Shown: positions 14,031-27,094 of the stretch, piece by piece | How positions within the stretch are numbered: position 1 is the stretch's first letter | How the letters are laid out: every line of letters starts with the position of its first letter | Assembly (NCBI GenBank): GCA_951406725.2 | Contig: OX597821.1 | Span: forward strand, 74,338,001-74,402,000 | Length of the DNA stretch: 64,000 nucleotides | From: Octopus vulgaris | Taxonomy: Eukaryota | Direction of reading: 5' to 3' | The notes under the pieces: generated by a model | Databases searched by the model: none | Seen by the model: only the letters and a program-made list of their open reading frames with translations | Told to the model about the DNA's origin: nothing | Translations under genes and position numbers: made by a program

Positions 14031-15299
14031 GCACGCACCAACGTGGACGCAGAAAAGTTGAATAATTAAGAAACCCGCTTCTTTTACACAAGCTTCTCGA
14101 TTCGAACTAATTTCCTCTCACCTTTGATAAATGTCTTTATGCTCGGCTCTGATTCACCAAAGGCTTATGACTGAAATCGGGAAGATAGAAACTGAATGAA
14201 TCCCGATCGGATAGATCGATCGAATACTTCGAATATCCAGCTATATCACACTATGATACCCTGGTTCAGCTTAAGGATTAGGCTTACGGTAAATCTGCTT
14301 CCGCCATATCGTCACGTGTGTGTGTATGACGTTTTGTGTTTATGTATTTGTGGGTGTATATATGTGCGTATGCGCTTGTTTTCTGTTTATACGTGTGTGC
14401 GTTTCTGTGAGGCTATTTTGTGAGTCATACGGGAAGGGCATGTGGATGAAATAGACGTGACAAGATTGTAGGAAGTGATGGGAAGTGTAGGTGTATTCTA
14501 TACTGGTTGCTATAAGTGTCAATATCCTACGGGAGAAAATGGAAGTGTGGTTTCTGGAGTGTGTGAAGAAGGAAATGGGTGTCTGTGTAGGTTCCTTTGT
14601 ATACTGTTCGAACGTGTTGGTGTGTAGGGTGATGGGTTCAGTGGTGTATCGTAGGTGTGTCAGTCGGGGTTGGCGAAATGAACTGTAAAAATGTAAGAGG
14701 TGGCTGCATTTTATGTGTGTTTATGAATGGGGAGCAAATGAAAAGTAGTGGCGAATTAAGGCCGTTAGGGGTCGAAGTATGGAAGGAAATATTAAAATAC
14801 TTCATCTAACGAAGATGGGACTATGGAATACCTTGTGCAAGTCTAGTAGGAGCATTGATAATTGTTGCACGCAATGACCAGTAGAGCAGAAATGGCGCGA
14901 AATCGGTATGTCATTACTGAGTCTGATGTCCCGTAGATCCGTACATGTGCGGCAAAACGATCAGTGTGAGTGTGTATGCGTGCTTGCATGCTTCTATTTA
15001 CGCAAATATAAATATAAATATAAAGATATATATATACATATATACATACAGACAGACAGACAGGCATACATTTTTATATTTGCATGTATGTATATATATA
15101 TGTGTGTGTGTGTGTGTATGCGCGCGCGTACGGCAGTAATGTTCGGCTGAGTTCACTCATAATGTATTGGTCAGCCGGAGGCTATAGCAGAAGAAACTTG
15201 CCGAAGGTGTCACCCAGTGGGATTAAACCGAAAACACGGGGTTGCAATGTTAGCTTCGTAACTATAGACACACACACACGTATGCATGCATGTATATAT

Positions 15300-15383
<84 letters not shown>

Positions 15384-15504
15384 AGATACACACACGCAAA
15401 CGCACGTACGCACACACACACAAACATAATACGTTTGTACATTTTATATATATATATATGAATATGAGTGTTTGTGTGTGTACGTGTACAAGTATGTATA
15501 TATG

Positions 15505-15541
<37 letters not shown>

Positions 15542-16029
15542 CGTGTATCTGTATCCGGCTGCGCATGCGCTGCCGTCCGATTTGTTTTAACAGCACTTGT
15601 TATTTTTGACAACACTCAGCGTTTGTGTCTGTGTGTTCGACTTTGTTACAGGAATCATTCTGTACGTCGCCCCATCTCAAGATGATCTCTTAATCTGTCT
15701 CTATTTACCTCCAACTAATACGTCTACCGTTTCAGTTTTTTTCTCCTCTTCAGTTCCTCCCATGTACGTATATCTTTATGTCTGTCTGTGTGTGTACGTG
15801 TGTCTGTGTTTGTGTGCGAGTAGGTGTATATGATTAAGAATCTGTATTCTGGCGGTCTTTTACTGACAAGATCACATCCTCAACATAACTAGGACTGAAT
15901 CCCAATGACTCGCCCCTCCGTTCAGGACCAGTAACCTTTTCATACCCCAATAATAGATGACACATTAAAAAGCTTAAGTGAAATACGTCTCAAAATGGAG
16001 CAGCTCCCCAGTGGTGTACTGCTCCTATG

Positions 16030-16385
16030 TGGAGGCGCAATGCCCCAGTAGTTAGAGTGGCGGACTCGCGGTCGTAGGAACGCAGGCCGGGCGTTGTGAG
16101 TGTTTATTGAGCGAAAGCACCTGAAGCTCCACGTGGCTCCGGCAGGGGTTAGTGGCGAACCGTGCTGTTCTCTTTCATCACAACTTTCTTTGTTCCTGTT
16201 TCTGTTGTACCTGTATTTCAAAGGGCCAACCTTGTCACACTCTGTGTCATGCTGAATCTCCCCAAGAACTACGTTAAGGGTACACGTGTCTGTGGAGTGC
16301 TCAGCCACTTGCACGTTAATTTTACGAGCAGGCTGCTCCGTTGATTGGATCAACTGGAACCCTCGTCTTTGCAACCGACGGAGTA
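16030..16385 (+). mobile_element. SINE family C copy
   Basis: Colinear with 1460-1822. Confidence 0.8.
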
Positions 16386-17949
16386 CCACTGCTCCTCTAT
16401 TTGGGACAGTTCTACAACCATATACATAGATATCATAGCCAGCGTTTTGAAATAAAGCCCTCGATAGATTAGCATAAAACCCCCCACAGGCACACTCCAG
16501 CATCTGACCAACAACATGCTGCCTACGTCCCTAACTCTTCCACGGAAACTCCGAAGTCACTGTCACCATCTATTGCAAATATATAACAAAAGCACTCTCT
16601 TCCAAAAAGTAGTAATTCTTTAGTTTAATGATAAATCGTTTGCTTATCATAGTTCGAAGGTGGCGAACTGGTAGCAACGTCAGCATGCCGGATCAGATGC
16701 TTCACGGCGTTCATTCGTCTTTACGTTCTGCGTTCTAATTCCACCGAGGTCGACTTTGCCTTTTATTCTTTTGAGATCGATAAAATAACGACCAGTAGAG
16801 CACTGGTCCAATACTTATTTAAAACCTGGTATTTATTCTATCGGTCTCTTTTTGCCAAACGACTAGGTTACGGGTACGTAAACACACCAAAACTGAATTC
16901 AGAATCAGACGTGAGCACATAAGACAGTTTCTTTTGCATGTTGATAATCGTTCAAGTATTTAAAAAATTTTTATAGTGTATTTCTTGTGATATATCGAAA
17001 TAATTTCTTTCTTATTAAGATCACTGCCTCAAACTCTTCCATCATTTATTTAACACATTCTAATCTATATTAAATCTGAATAGATTTTACTCATCCTAGA
17101 AATTCTCCATGAATTCGAAGCTATATAATAACTTCGATTGCAGACGACACTAAAACCTGCAACTATACAACGCCTGCACTCTTATTATAGGTGGGTCAAA
17201 TAAGATATTCTTCGTAAAGGTTACTGGGTCTTATCGTTTGTCATTCATCGATCACAACTCAAGAAGTTCCTCATTCCTAAATCAACAGAACTTCCCCATA
17301 AAAGATAATTTTACATTTGAAGTCAGGGAATTACTCAACCTTGAAAAGCTGGTAAACCTTCAGGAAGTATTTATATAGGGTGCCTTAGTGCTCTGTTCAA
17401 CATAAGGGACAATATAGCCACACACACTCATACATATACACACAAACACATACATACACCCCCACACACACTCATACATACACATATAGATATATATATA
17501 TATATACAAAAAAGAAAAAGAGAAAAGAGCTAATGAGAGGTCTTCTAAGCTATCTCTTGTTTGATTCCGACATATTGGATAATGAAGTCGAGTAAATTAT
17601 CTTGTGGACAAAGAAGGAGGACCGGATCATCACTACTGTAACGCCTTTGATCAAAGGTCCGTTTTATAAGGACTGACCTACAGACAAAGTTCACCGCCAC
17701 CGTCATCAAAAGCAACAACGGATACAACGGATTCTCATCAACAACACAAAAGACAAACAGTAGATTGTATCCTAAAAAGCTCCTGGTCAATAAACAAGGA
17801 GACTATCGCCAGCATGGACGCATGAACAACATCCGTTCACTATTCTACTCGCGTTTCCTCTTTCTATCTCTTTCTCTCTTTTCACACACACACATATTTA
17901 TACTATATACAAATATGTATATGTATATATATATGTGTGTGTGTGCATG

Positions 17950-17981
<32 letters not shown>

Positions 17982-17984
17982 TTT

Positions 17985-18482
<498 letters not shown>

Positions 18483-19859
18483 TATATATACATCTATAAA
18501 TATTTTATATGTATACTCTCTATATACAATACATAAATATATTCTATATATATATAAATTAGAAAAAAACACCTTTTACCAATTCAATAATGATATATAT
18601 ATACATATATATATATATATGTGTGTGTCTGCACGATACAAATACAGGCACACACGCACACACATATATATACGCACACACGTATATATACGATTTACAC
18701 ACGCATATATATACGATATACATGTATACATGTATGTATATTAGAAAGTTTTTATTCTTAAGAATTACAAAAATCTCACATTTCAACAAAGAACTCAGTA
18801 GATGTTCATAGCAAGTACTAATATATTGTGCATTCCTCTTTATTTGCAGGAAGGAGTCATTATTACTTGGAAGTAACAGATGTCTTACAACGTTCCCAAA
18901 TAGCAACAGATGGTGGTAGCGAAGTGATATAATATGAGCGGATGTTAGGACGAGCAATCGTTAGAGGAGATAGTTAATATAGTAAATATACATCAAGGTT
19001 TCTCAACCAATTTATATCCATAGACCATTTTAATTCCTATTTAAGTCGGTCAGACGCTCATAGCCATTCAGAGTTTTAAAAGAATTGCGTTGTATTTTTA
19101 TATAGTTAAATATTAGAAATTGTATTAAAGGAATTCTTAAAATATTCTGTGTATAGTAAAAGCATAACCAATTGCATGTAAATTTTTACAGCAAAATCTC
19201 ATAAGGGCTGCTAAGAGTCCTGTGGAACCTAGCTAAAAATCACCTATGAATCATCGTAGAAATAAACCTAACGTAATAATATTTAAATAATTAGTCTGAA
19301 AAATTCCCATTTAGCTTCTGACAAAACGGTGTTATCTAAAGGTTTATAAATTAGTGGGTATATATCATGAGGGATAGGGCAGTATATTTACTAGTATCAG
19401 TTAGACAAACATGCTGATATTGTAAATAGGTGCTAAGAAATAGTGGGTTCCCCGATAAGGTTAGTTAGTTAGTTAGTTAGTTAATTTGGCTCAAAAGCAA
19501 ATAGCAAGGCCATGTAGGGGGACATGGAGTTAAGTACAGGGTGGTGTTCATGTAAAGAGTTCAGGCCACTTGAGGTCAAGGGAGGCTTTGAACAAAGCGG
19601 TCGTCGGCATCTTAAGAAACAAAAAGCTGGGAACACCCAGAGTAAGAAGAGGAAGAAGAAAACGAAAATTTTATGGTGCAACATAGTATTTAATCTAGCA
19701 GTAAAAATTAATGTAACTAAAGAATTCCTTAATTTAAGCGATCAGCATTTTTCGATGGGGCTTAAGAATAGTTAAAATATTGAATAGGGACTGTGTTGAT
19801 GTTAGTTATTCTACTTGTAAGAATTTCCTGTTGTGTATCAGAGGTTATAATGTAAAACT

Positions 19860-20331
19860 GAACTGAAGAGACATGCAAACAGCATGCGACCAAAGATCAC
19901 GCAACTTTAGAATTCGTGAGTACTGTCCACTTAAAGGTAACTGTTCGGCATACTGGTACTAAACAGTGCCTAGGTTGATTCAAACAGCAGAGATGAACCT
20001 AAATTATATACTGCGCAACGGAACTAACATTAAAAGACCGTTATTATAAACACAAACATTCATTTGTCAGCCCCGATAGGAATTGTGCTATGGCTTGCCG
20101 AAGTTTACATGGTTCCGGCGTGAGATATGTCATCACGAATTCAAAATTTCGCAATTGATTGTGGCCAGGGATCAGCCATACAGGAACGATAGCTTTAAAT
20201 CAAAGATGTGGTGTGAGCTTTGTCTGAGCAAAAGACAAAAAGAAAAAAAGAAAAGAATTTTGACTCAAGACAATAACACTTTCAACAAAAGAACGCAAAT
20301 GTTAGTGCCTCGCATGCACGCGGCTAAGTAA
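19860..20331 (+). pseudogene. Degenerate GIY-YIG endonuclease of an older PLE (CCHH-type, Naiad-like)
   Basis: Broken frames read CPLKGNC, R.YKHKHSF, CELCLS..K..I....FNKR....R.H. Confidence 0.5.
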
Positions 20332-20498
20332 TTTTTATGTAAGTACCCGCCTCATCCTTCAACATAATTGTGGTTGAAAAAAGTGTTCATTTGGAAATAT
20401 ATGGCTTATTAATACGTTATAATATGTGTTGGCGGGTTTCAATGTGTGCGAGTGCGTGTATATACATATGTGGATATGTATGCATGCATACATAATTG

Positions 20499-20539
<41 letters not shown>

Positions 20540-20564
20540 ACGTAAGAGTGTACATATGTATATG

Positions 20565-20601
<37 letters not shown>

Positions 20602-20644
20602 ATGTGTGTTTGTGTATATATATATATATATATATATACATTAT

Positions 20645-20894
<250 letters not shown>

Positions 20895-21804
20895 ATAACT
20901 TTTGTAGATTTCGGACAGTATAGAGTCAGGCACAATATTCATTTACTGTTTTTCAAAATACTAATTAAAATACATTAAATTAAATATTTACTTAAACAAC
21001 ACCAAATCTTCATGAGTTAAGTTATAAGACTGATTTCTCTCGTATGAAGTTTAAGACTTTTATAATATTACTCCGAGGAACGGAAACGAAATGAAAACCG
21101 TGAGCTAGAAGCAGGTGTTTTTTTTTTTTTTGTTTGTTTTTTGTTTTTTTCATGTGTCATTCACAAACGTTTTTTAAACAAAAGAACATAGAAATAAGCT
21201 TCTTGTTCAAAACTTCATTTCATGTTTCAGAAAATTTTCAAACGGTGAATAATTCAAAAGAAAACCTGGCTCGGTTTACCATTTGAAGATCAGAAACGAA
21301 TGACTTCGTAAACTGGAAATCGGAGCCTTGTACCTATACCATATTAAAGAATAGATTACACTTGTATTGAGTCCTGTAATTTGTCGTTTCCGTCGAATCG
21401 ACATCTTTTATCTTTTACTTGTTTCAGTTATCAGACTGTGGCCATGCTACAGCACCGTATTTCAAGAATCTTTAGTCGAATGAATCGGCTCCAGTATAAC
21501 TCTTTCTAAGGTCTGGTATTTATTTCAACGGTTATTATTGCATAACCGCTAAGTTACGGGGACGTAAGCTCACTTATACCAGCTATAAGTGAGGGCGTGG
21601 GGGAACCATAGACACAGACACACACACGGACACACATATATATGTGTGTATGTGTGTGTATATATATATATATACATATATATATAATCAAAGAAAAACT
21701 TACAACCAAAAGCCTTACCATACATCTCCACACACAACCCTCTCAATAACGAAGCCTTCGACACCATCCTCCACAACATACCCCTCCTAAAAAAAGACCA
21801 CAGA

Positions 21805-22332
21805 ATGAACACAATCCTCCAAACACACACGATCATAAAAAGCAAAAGACAGCCTAGATCCATGAAAAGTCTCCTTACACAAGCCCGAATTCACTCTTCA
21901 ACACAGAAGCCGACAGTAAAAAAATGTGGAAGACCCAATTGCGGGATATGCGACTATCTAATCGAGGGTTCTGAGTTCTCCTTCAAACAGGGACAACGGT
22001 TTACAGTGAAAAGCAACTTCACATGTGCTTCGGAGAACCTAATATACTCACTAACCTGCTCCGGGTGTCAAGAGCAGTACATAGGCCAAACAAAAAATGG
22101 TTTGCGTAAACGAATGGCCCTGCACAGATCCCAGATAAAAATTCCCCAAAACAGAAAAATAGCTTTTAGCCAACACATAGATACTTGCGCCAACAAAAAA
22201 ACACCAAACTTCAGAATTTTCCCCCTCTACCAATTTAGGGACGATACAACCTCGAGACAAAGAATAAGTAAAGAAAATCTCTTTATTACAAAATACAAGC
22301 CACTTCTTAACGGGTCTACGACAAACAATTAA
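21805..22332 (+). CDS. PLE GIY-YIG endonuclease domain with Cys-rich linker (intact copy in the 5' pLTR, partial gene)
   Basis: CGRPNCGIC...FTCASENLIYSLTCSGCQEQYIGQT...R...H...H...E..FI....PLLN. Confidence 0.85.
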   Translation: MNTILQTHTIIKSKRQPRSMKSLLTQARIHSSTQKPTVKKCGRPNCGICDYLIEGSEFSFKQGQRFTVKSNFTCASENLIYSLTCSGCQEQYIGQTKNGLRKRMALHRSQIKIPQNRKIAFSQHIDTCANKKTPNFRIFPLYQFRDDTTSRQRISKENLFITKYKPLLNGSTTNN

Positions 22333-23061
22333 TATACCTCAACTTTAGAATAAAAGAAAAAAAAAAATATATATATACACACACAAATACTACACTCCAT
22401 AGAATCCATTACTAATCAGCCCCTTCATAGCTATATTTACACCCATTCATATTCTCCCTTCTCTGTTTTTTTCTTCTTCTTCTTCTTCATCATCATCGTT
22501 ATCATCATCATCGGCGTCATCATCATCGCCACCATCATCACCACCATCTTCTCCTTCTCCTCCTTCTTCTTCTTCTTCTTCTTCTTCTTCTTCTTCATCA
22601 TCATCGTTATCATCATCATCGTCGTCATAATCATCACCACCATCACCATCATCTTCTCCTTCTCCTTCTCCTTCTTCTTCTTCTTCTTCTTCTTCTTCTT
22701 CTTCTTCTCCACCCCCTACCCCTTAAGTTTGTCACTAATGATTTTTAGTATAACACCTACGCTAATTCTATAAACAAGCCTGTCAATATAAATATTCCCC
22801 TGAATTGAACTGAGACTGCCAGCCGCCACTGACCATTCAAAATACGACCATCAGGGCACTCCCAGATTCTCCCACCCCCCTTTCCTCACCAGCCTTCCCT
22901 CTACTACCCTACCAAGAACTCACAACTACCTCGAACACACAAGTGCAAACAAGGGAGTCAGAGAAAGGCAGAATGCCACTTAAATCTGAACACTACTATA
23001 GAAATATTCTTTTAAAAAAACTTTTCTTCTAATTTTTCTAAATTTAATTATTTAATCGTTA

Positions 23062-23099
23062 CAGTTGAAAAGGTCTCAAAATGACCGAAACCGGTACTG
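23062..23099 (+). ncRNA. Minimal type I hammerhead ribozyme, U3-A8 variant
   Basis: cag-UUGAAAA-ggtc(tcaaaat)gacc-GAAA-ccggUA-ctg; stem III is the palindrome ACCGGT. Confidence 0.75.
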
Positions 23100-23200
23100 A
23101 AATGTTCACTATAAAATTATTTTAGCATTTTCTATTTTTTAATTATCGTGTGTTCCTTTTCACCCTTATACATATCATTAACCCACACGAGATACAGAAA

Positions 23201-24166
23201 ATGCCGACAAAAACAGACACAATCACCTCCATAAACGAAGAAATACTGAAAGAACTCAAGAAAATCAACACAAATTTGTCAACTTAGCATTTTCTATTTT
23301 TTACTTGTTTTTTCATACATATCAACCGGACCCCGTTAATCCTCCCACGTAAATTCCAGTTCAAAGCTATTACAGAAGAACCTGAAACACAAAGACACCT
23401 CAGGGAGAGAATGGCACTGGAAAAAATGAAAATGGAAATAGAACTTCTGAAATTGAGGGCCCAAACGAATGAGGATAAAATAAAATCCACCGATGAAGAT
23501 ATCAACGAAGAAATTCGCAAAATGACCCAAGGCCCAGATCAAGAGAAGTTCTCCAAACTATGGAAAGAGGACTGTGAAAAAGAAGAACTAAAATCTCTCC
23601 AACGCTGGGAGAAAAGCGCCACTTGGTTCTCAGACTATGAAGCCGTCTTTCAAACAGAGCACGCCTCCAACAACCCTTTCCAGAAAATAAGAAAACCAAA
23701 ACAACACCCAAACACCGATACACACCTGTCTAAAAATCGGAACCTTCACTACTATCAAAAAAAGAATACAGGACCTAACCCCAACTCTGTAAGCAGCCAG
23801 CGATACAATATCAGGAATACCCCCACTTCAAGCAGAGAAAGGATAAATCAACACCCACAGCATAGACACTGCAACCTCATCCCCACCCAAAGGAGTTACC
23901 AACGAAATCTTCGTCCCATTAACCGGTTAAACAACCATGCACAACAAACCCACACCACTTGCAATGATTACCAACGAAGGCCTCCTAGAACACCACACCC
24001 GAATATGGGATATCGGGATGCTCTCCTCAATACTGCTCCAAGAACACACACCACAAATCACAACAGGAGACCCCTAATCAACAAAGAACAACTATATACT
24101 AGCTACCGTCCCAACCACCGCATTCATTTTTTAGACCCAATACGCAAACACAGAGACACAAGATAG
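23201..24166 (+). CDS. PLE ORF1 / N-terminal region (predicted coiled-coil plus basic disordered tail); 5' part disrupted by a 43 nt insert
   Basis: ATG 23201 is in frame with the 251 aa ORF 23411-24166. The TAG at 23285 lies inside an inserted copy of the element terminus. The N half is E/K-rich and helical; the C half is R/N/P/T/H-rich. Confidence 0.65.
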
Positions 24167-25548
24167 CACCAAACAAGCAGGAGGAACCAAAAGTAATAAA
24201 AATTATTAATCTAACTCACAAGGAACTAACAGCAAACCAAATAAACATACTTTCCAAAGGACTCAAGTTTACACCCACCCCACAACACCCCAACTACAAT
24301 GAAATGAAAGAAGACATCGCAGAATTCTGCAGAAAATTAAGACTTACTGAGGAGCTATACGATAAATACAACGAGGACGAATCGTTAGCCAGAAATAGGA
24401 GTAACTACACCCCCTCGAAAGGTAAGAATAAAACACTTGATGATTTCTGTGACCACATATCAAATTACCCATATCAACATATGCACAAACAAAAACACAA
24501 ACCAAACTTCAGCAAAAAAGAATGGGCTGAGTTGAACAAATTAAAACTAGATAAAACAATAACAATCAAAGAGGCCGATAAAGGGAGTGCTGTTGTCTTA
24601 ATGGATACGACATTTTACATAACTTTGGTACTTTCTATGCTGGAAGACACAACATACTATGAAAAGGCACAAAACTACAGTCAACAAAAAATAATGAGGG
24701 AACTAAAATCCATATTAAACCCATACAAAGCAGGGCTCACCGACAAAGAATATGATTATATGACCAATTTCACAAGTAAAACTAGCCAATTCTACGGTAT
24801 ACCTAAGATCCACAAAAGTGAAAAAATAAGCAACGCATGCAAGATAGCTACAGACAAAATAATTAAAGTCCCTAATCCTAATGACCTCAAATTGAGACCC
24901 ATAATAGCAGGTCCCGCATGCGAAACCCACCGCCTCAGTAACTTTTTAGACACCCTGTTAAAACCACTCCTCAAACATGTCAAAAGCTATATAAGGGACG
25001 ACTTAGATATGCTCAATCACCTACCGAATACTATAAACAAAAACACCATACTGGTATCCTTCGATGTAGTCAACCTCTACTCCAATATCCCCCACAACCT
25101 AGGACTAGAGGCAATCCAATTCTGGCTAGAGAATCACGCCAACGAACTACCACACCGCATCAAAAAAGAATTTGTGATAGAAGGGGTTAAATTCATCCTG
25201 GAAAATAACTTCTTCGCCTTCAATGACAACTTCTACCGACAAAAATCGGGGACTGCGATGGGTACACGAATGGCCCCCTCCTTTGCCAACCTAGTCATAG
25301 GATACCTAGAGATCAGTCTGTATCGTAAGGTTCTAGAAAGATATGGCAGCCCTTTCTCCATCTACATAGAAAACAACTGGAAGAGATATCTAGATGACTG
25401 TTTCATCCTTTGGCATAAAAATATAGAAAAACTCATAGAATTCCAGAAAATTTTAAACGGACTGGACGTAAACATCCAATTCACGATGGAATATAGCCAA
25501 CAACAACTCCCTTCCTCGATATCCTCATTAAGAAAGCTAATAATATAA
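24103..25548 (+). CDS. PLE reverse transcriptase (frameshift near 25510; thumb region deleted at about 25555)
   Basis: IINLT..LSKGLKFTPT, EADKGSAVV, FYGIPKIHK, LRPIIA, SFDVVNLYSNIP, GTAMGTRMAPSFANL, RYLDDCF. The shifted frame then gives (LP)FLDILI. Confidence 0.95.
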   Translation, partial: LPSQPPHSFFRPNTQTQRHKIAPNKQEEPKVIKIINLTHKELTANQINILSKGLKFTPTPQHPNYNEMKEDIAEFCRKLRLTEELYDKYNEDESLARNRSNYTPSKGKNKTLDDFCDHISNYPYQHMHKQKHKPNFSKKEWAELNKLKLDKTITIKEADKGSAVVLMDTTFYITLVLSMLEDTTYYEKAQNYSQQKIMRELKSILNPYKAGLTDKEYDYMTNFTSKTSQFYGIPKIHKSEKISNACKIATDKIIKVPNPNDLKLRPIIAGPACETHRLSNFLDTLLKPLLKHVKSYIRDDLDMLNHLPNTINKNTILVSFDVVNLYSNIPHNLGLEAIQFWLENHANELPHRIKKEFVIEGVKFILENNFFAFNDNFYRQKSGTAMGTRMAPSFANLVIGYLEISLYRKVLERYGSPFSIYIENNWKRYLDDCFILWHKNIEKLIEFQKILNGLDVNIQFTMEYSQQQLPSSISSLRKLII

Positions 25549-25554
25549 TAGAAA

Positions 25555-27010
25555 CAAAGAAAAACTTACAACCAAAAGCCTTACCATACATCTCCACACA
25601 CAACCCTCTCAATAACGAAGCCTTCGACACCATCCTCCACAACATACCCCTCCTAAAACAACATACCCCTCCTAAAAAAAGACCACAGAATGAACACAAT
25701 CCTCCAAACACACACGATCATAAAAAGCAAAAGACAGCCTAGATCCATGAAAAGTCTCCTTACACAAGCCCGAATTCACTCTTCAACACAGAAGCCGACA
25801 GTAAAAAAATGTGGAAGACCCAATTGCGGGATATGCGACTATCTAATCGAGGGTTCTGAGTTCTCCTTCAAACAGGGACAACGGTTTACAGTGAAAAGCA
25901 ACTTCACATGTGCTTCGGAGAACCTAATATACTCACTAACCTGCTCCGGGTGTCAAGAGCAGTACATAGGCCAAACAAAAAATGGTTTGCGTAAACGAAT
26001 GGCCCTGCACAGATCCCAGATAAAAATTCCCCAAAACAGAAAAATAGCTTTTAGCCAACACATAGATACTTGCGCCAACAAAAAAACACCAAACTTCAGA
26101 ATTTTCCCCCTCTACCAATTTAGGGACGATACAACCTCGAGACAAAGAATAAGTAAAGAAAATCTCTTTATTACAAAAATACAAGCCACTTCTTAACGGG
26201 TCTACGACAAACAATTTATATACCTCAACTTTAGAATAAAAGAAAAAAAAAAAATATATATACACACACAAATACTACACTCCATAGAATCCATTACTAA
26301 TCAGCCCCTTCATAGCTATATTTACACCCATTCATATTCTCCCTTCTCTGTTTTTTTCTTCTTCTTCTTCTTCATCATCATCGTTATCATCATCATCGGC
26401 GTCATCATCATCGCCACCATCATCACCACCATCTTCTCCTTCTCCTCCTTCTTCTTCTTCTTCTTCTTCTTCTTCATCATCATCGTTATCATCATCGTCG
26501 TCGTCATAATCATCACCACCATCACCATCATCTTCTCCTTCTCCTTCTCCTTCTTCTTCTTCTTCTTCTTCTTCTTCTCCACCCCCTACCCCTTAAGTTT
26601 GTCACTAATGATTTTTAGTATAACACCTACGCTAATTCTATAAACAAGCCTGTCAATATAAATATTCCCCTGAATTGAACTGAGACTGCCAGCCGCCACT
26701 GACCATTCAAAATACGACCATCAGGGCACTCCCAGATTCTCCCACCCCCTTTCCTCACCAGCCTTCCCTCTACTACCCTACCAAGAACTCACAACTACCT
26801 CGAACACACAAGTGCAAACAAGGGAGTCAGAGAAAGGCAGAATGCCACTTAAATCTGAACACTACTATAGAAATATTCTTTTAAAAAAACTTTTCTTCTA
26901 ATTTTTCTAAATTTAATTATTTAATCGTTACAGTTGAAAAGGTCTCAAAATGACCGAAACCGGTACTGAAATGTTCACTATAAAATTATTTTAGCATTTT
27001 CTATTTTTTA
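25555..27010 (+). repeat. 3' pseudo-LTR containing the endonuclease ORF (25690-26196, C-terminal +1 frameshift) and 3' UTR
   Basis: Direct repeat of 21689-23141. Confidence 0.95.
26931..26968 (+). ncRNA. Minimal hammerhead ribozyme, U3-A8 variant (second copy)
   Basis: Identical to 23062-23099. Confidence 0.75.
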
Positions 27011-27039
27011 CTTGTTTTTTCATACATATATATATATAG

Positions 27040-27083
<44 letters not shown>

Positions 27084-27094
27084 GAAGGGGAGTG

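Larger units (their letters stand above)
21689..23141 (+). repeat. 5' pseudo-LTR (direct repeat of 25555-27010)
   Basis: Near-identical sequence from 'caaagaaaaacttacaacc' to 'ttagcattttctattttta'. Differences are microsatellite length, a 19 bp duplication and a few 1 bp changes. Confidence 0.95.
21689..27028 (+). mobile_element. Penelope-like retroelement (Neptune-type Cys linker) with direct pseudo-LTRs, inserted in (TA)n
   Basis: PLE-type RT, GIY-YIG endonuclease, ~1.45 kb terminal direct repeats, a hammerhead in each repeat, and TA arrays on both flanks. Confidence 0.95.

Noticed and set aside
15940-16503. 187 aa minus-strand ORF
   Set aside because: Antisense reading of SINE family C.
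22437-22712. Poly-K/poly-M minus-strand ORF, duplicated at 26322-26582
   Set aside because: (TTC)n/(ATC)n tract in the PLE 3' UTR; duplicated only because it lies in the pLTR.
21689-27010. LTR retrotransposon interpretation of the long direct repeats
   Set aside because: No TG..CA ends, PBS, protease, RNase H or integrase. The repeats contain GIY-YIG coding sequence, so they are PLE pseudo-LTRs.
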